Positions 60,918-64,000 of a stretch of 64,000 nucleotides of DNA are shown here, one piece after another. The position numbers and the translations under genes are program-made. The notes below the pieces were generated by a model, which worked only from the letters and a program-made list of their open reading frames with translations, had not been told where the DNA came from and did no database searches. This DNA comes from Oligoflexales bacterium (lineage in GTDB: Bacteria > Bdellovibrionota_B > Oligoflexia > Oligoflexales > JAPPIL01), in the NCBI GenBank assembly GCA_965215515.1, contig OZ244057.1, positions 1,152,001 through 1,216,000 on the forward strand, written 5' to 3'. How positions within the stretch are numbered: the first letter of the stretch is position 1; the number at the start of each line of letters is the position of its first letter.

Positions 60918-61713
60918 CGTCATCACCTGTATGCGGGAAAAGATCGTCATCGATCGCGAGTTTTTTCCAACCGCACAACCACTCGAGCAACCCGCTCAAA
61001 CCATAACAAACACCGAGCACAAACGCCCACACCGCAGGACGATAGGCGATAACACCGAGCACGATGATCGCCAGCACGAGCAGCTTGAAGGGTTTGATCG
61101 CCCTGATGTCGAGTGACTTGTGCGAGCGATAGGCGACGTTAGAGACCATCGCGAGCGACAACACCAGTGTCAAAACCAAACAACTGTAGTTGATCGTCAG
61201 TGGCGCGGTGATGAACCCCGCTAGCTGCGACAAAAATAACAAAGGGGCATCGCCACTGCTTTGCAAATCCGCGATGAAGATAACATAACCTGCCAAAATC
61301 AACGCGGCCATCGGAATGGGCAGACCCGTAAAATCGTGTGAACTCTTGCCCTGATAACTGGCGACATTAAAACGCGCCAAACGCAATGCACCACAGGCGA
61401 GATAAATAAAACAAGCAATCCAGCCGATACGATCCATGCTGTGCAGGCTGTACTGAAAAATTAAAAAAGATGGCGCAACCCCGAACGACACCAAGTCACA
61501 CAACGAGTCGAGCTGAATACCGAACGAGCTGTGCGTCTTGGTCATTTTTGCCACCCGCCCATCGAGCACATCGAAGACCGCCGCGAGGAAGATCGCATAG
61601 GTTGCCATTTCAAACTCGCCTTTCAGCGACTTGATGACGGCATAAAAACCCCAAAACAAATTGCACGCGGTCAGCAGATTAGGCAAGACGTAGGCGGCAG
61701 TGCTGATCTTCAT
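60907..61713 (-). CDS. pssA: CDP-diacylglycerol-serine O-phosphatidyltransferase
   Basis: LPNLLT, DVLDGRVA, FG.QLDSL.D.VSFGVAP, RLARFN. Confidence 0.92.
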   Translation of the reverse strand: MKISTAAYVLPNLLTACNLFWGFYAVIKSLKGEFEMATYAIFLAAVFDVLDGRVAKMTKTHSSFGIQLDSLCDLVSFGVAPSFLIFQYSLHSMDRIGWIACFIYLACGALRLARFNVASYQGKSSHDFTGLPIPMAALILAGYVIFIADLQSSGDAPLLFLSQLAGFITAPLTINYSCLVLTLVLSLAMVSNVAYRSHKSLDIRAIKPFKLLVLAIIVLGVIAYRPAVWAFVLGVCYGLSGLLEWLCGWKKLAIDDDLFPHTGDDDGD

Positions 61714-62360
61714 GACTTTTTTCCCCCATAGGGTCGTTTGCCGTACCGCGGGCGTGGCCATTCCTGTGCCCGTACCGTTACCATACGCGTCGCCTGCCAG
61801 ACTAGAGCCTGCAACGCGTAAGCGAGCAATTCATCCGTGCTGATGGCGGTAGCTCGCACTCCCCACTGTGCGGTTAAACGCGGCCACGGGCGGGCAACTA
61901 GCACCTGTGCCTGACCAGCGTGCGGCAGGGGTGCAGGCAGATTGACGGGGGACAGTTTCACCTCGCACCCATCTTGTGCGGCGTAAGCAACCACACCACT
62001 ATCGGCAGTGATGGCGTGGTAGACATACACGGCAGTGCCGCGTGTCGTCGCCCACCACGCAGCGATGGCTGACAGCGAGGAGATGCCGAGCAGTTGTGAG
62101 GGAGACGCGGCCAGACCGCAAGCGAAGGCAATCCCAATACGAATGCCCGTGAACGAACCAGGCCCGATGGCAACAACTATGCGGGTCAGCAGCGGTGTAC
62201 GTGCTAGCATACGCTGCGTTTCTACCGCCAGCACGCTTTCGGCAGCACGTCTCTGGGGGCAGATGAATTTAGCGACGATAGGGGGGGAATCAGCATGCCA
62301 TCGCGCAGTTGCCAAGGCCACCCCGCCAAGACTGGTATCGATGATCAGGATCTGCTGCAA
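61710..62360 (-). CDS. tsaB: tRNA t6A biosynthesis protein TsaB
   Basis: IIDTS, GPGSFTGIRIG. Confidence 0.85.
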   Translation of the reverse strand: MQQILIIDTSLGGVALATARWHADSPPIVAKFICPQRRAAESVLAVETQRMLARTPLLTRIVVAIGPGSFTGIRIGIAFACGLAASPSQLLGISSLSAIAAWWATTRGTAVYVYHAITADSGVVAYAAQDGCEVKLSPVNLPAPLPHAGQAQVLVARPWPRLTAQWGVRATAISTDELLAYALQALVWQATRMVTVRAQEWPRPRYGKRPYGGKKS

Positions 62361-62447
62361 GCTGCGACCCCTAGCGAGTGAGCAGAGACATCACTACCGC
62401 AAGCAGTCGACAGTCGTCCCCTGCCACGGCGATGAAAAAAGGTTCGT

Positions 62448-64000
62448 TCAGTCAAAAAAATCTGCCACACTCTTCAAAAACGTCTGCCAGTAGCGGCTCA
62501 GGTCGTTGTAAAACGCCAGCACAATGAGACACATGACCATGACGAAGCCGATTTTCTGGTAATTTTCCACCGTGCTTAAACTCAGCCGTTTGCGACGCAC
62601 ACACTCCATCCCCACCATCACCAACTGTCCGCCGTCGAGTACAGGAATGGGGAACAGGTTGATTAAACCCAGATTGATGCTGATAATAGCCATCGTCATG
62701 CAAAAAATTTTCCACCCTGCTTTTGCTGAATCACCCGCCACCTTCGCAATCATGATCGGCCCGCCGAGCGCCTTCAAGGGCACATCGCCCGTAAACAATC
62801 CAACCAAAGAAGATAGCACGAGAGCTGACTTGTCGAAGGTCTCTTGCACGCCGAAGACGAGGGCAGGAAACAAGCTGTAGCGTTCGATGATGGGAGGAGG
62901 GCGAAACATCGTGCCCACGAAAGTCGCGGGCAAGGTGTAGACTTTTGCCGCACCCTCGATGCGCTGGGTGATCTGCTCTTCGAGTTGCACGTCGAGTCGT
63001 CGCACGATGCCGTTTCTGATAACGGTGAACACCGCGGTCGCATCGCGTTGGGCACGCAAGGCTGCACCGAGATCATAAACATCATCGAGATGCCGCTCAC
63101 CTACCGCGACGAGATGGTCATCAGGGTGCAAGGCGGTGGCAGGCGGTTGCACGCTAGCAAGCGTCAGCAGTGCCGAAGCGATACCGAGACTGGCGAGCGA
63201 CATGTCAGGTTGCGGGAGAAGCGAGACTGTTTGTGCTTCACCCGCCCGCAACAGGTGCAGGGAGACGGTAGTCTGTGGCGGTAGTGTGGCAAAAAACTCC
63301 CGTAGCTGCGTGAAGGTAGTGATCGTGGTTTTCTCGTCCCCTACCTGCGCGGCAACAATCTCATCACCGCGTCGCAAGCCTTGCTGTGCGGCAGGCGTGA
63401 CAGGACGAGGGACTGCGACGATCGCTTTCTCGTAATCGAGCCCTACGCCTGCCATGCCTCGCCCGTCCTCCTCCGCAGGCACGAGGGTAAGGTGTAGTGT
63501 TTGTCGTTGGCGGTGCACGGTCAGTGACAAGCGTTGGTGAGGCGCAGCCATGATATGATCGCGCAGTTCGTCCCAGCGAGTTATCGCCTCTCCATCGATC
63601 GCGACGACACGGTCGCCTGCCTGCAGACCGCTGTTTGCCGCGGGACTATCAGGTCGTACCGTGCCGACGACGGACGGGGCATGCTCCAGACCTGCCAAGC
63701 CGAGAAGGGTGTAAATCACCACCGCCAGCAGAAAATTGGCGGCGGGGCCTGCCGCGATGGTCAGGGTACGGCGTGTCTTGGAGGCAAGATGCATTTCCTT
63801 CCCGCGGTGGATTTCCGCCACCTCTTCGTGGGGCAATGCCCCTGCGAATTTGACGTAACCACCCAGCGGTAACCACGCTACCTGATAGGTAGTACCCCTA
63901 TGGTGGTAAGCGCACAGCCGCGGCCCGAAACCGATGGAAAACGTCTCCACCCCGATTCCGCATAGTCTACCGACGATGAAATGACCCAGTTCATGCACAA
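62448..64000 (-). CDS. rseP: RIP metalloprotease RseP, N-terminus outside the window
   Basis: HELGH, PLGGYV, AGPAAN, PDZ domains, NLFPIPVLDGG. Confidence 0.93.
   Translation of the reverse strand, partial: VHELGHFIVGRLCGIGVETFSIGFGPRLCAYHHRGTTYQVAWLPLGGYVKFAGALPHEEVAEIHRGKEMHLASKTRRTLTIAAGPAANFLLAVVIYTLLGLAGLEHAPSVVGTVRPDSPAANSGLQAGDRVVAIDGEAITRWDELRDHIMAAPHQRLSLTVHRQRQTLHLTLVPAEEDGRGMAGVGLDYEKAIVAVPRPVTPAAQQGLRRGDEIVAAQVGDEKTTITTFTQLREFFATLPPQTTVSLHLLRAGEAQTVSLLPQPDMSLASLGIASALLTLASVQPPATALHPDDHLVAVGERHLDDVYDLGAALRAQRDATAVFTVIRNGIVRRLDVQLEEQITQRIEGAAKVYTLPATFVGTMFRPPPIIERYSLFPALVFGVQETFDKSALVLSSLVGLFTGDVPLKALGGPIMIAKVAGDSAKAGWKIFCMTMAIISINLGLINLFPIPVLDGGQLVMVGMECVRRKRLSLSTVENYQKIGFVMVMCLIVLAFYNDLSRYWQTFLKSVADFFD

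Overview
Bacterial chromosomal window using genetic code 11 (core genes end in TGA/TAG/TAA). Gene content (CarD, futalosine Mqn enzymes, mevalonate enzymes, Gld-type ABC locus, vWA-like lipoproteins) suggests a deltaproteobacteria-like or Bdellovibrionota/Oligoflexia organism, possibly host-associated; this is inference. (1) About 1.3-19.3 kb is an AT-richer, decaying mobile/defence island around tRNA-Arg(UCG). It holds IS5, IS3(IS2-like) and IS1634-like copies and stubs, plus fragments of SNF2 and DEAH/DUF1998 helicases, serine recombinases, a DNA methylase and DUF499. Two small operons in it remain intact: HATPase-STAS-PIN and SPL-like radical SAM-ASCH. (2) About 19.3-64 kb is mostly backbone: mvaD-mvk-mqnD/E fusion, carD, ribD-like, ketosynthase, flgM, rpsO, pnp, tRNA-Ser, Gld-like ABC, addA-like, fusA, rpsG, rpsL, tdh, asd, pssA, tsaB, rseP. 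Two loci stand out in the backbone. One is a 1793-aa protein with GGCT, IDO-like heme dioxygenase, FAD/NADPH reductase, cytochrome b5, GAF-like and class III cyclase domains. The other is a two-gene NHLP-leader RiPP precursor plus Fe(II)/2OG dioxygenase locus. All calls come from motif reading by eye; no searches were run.
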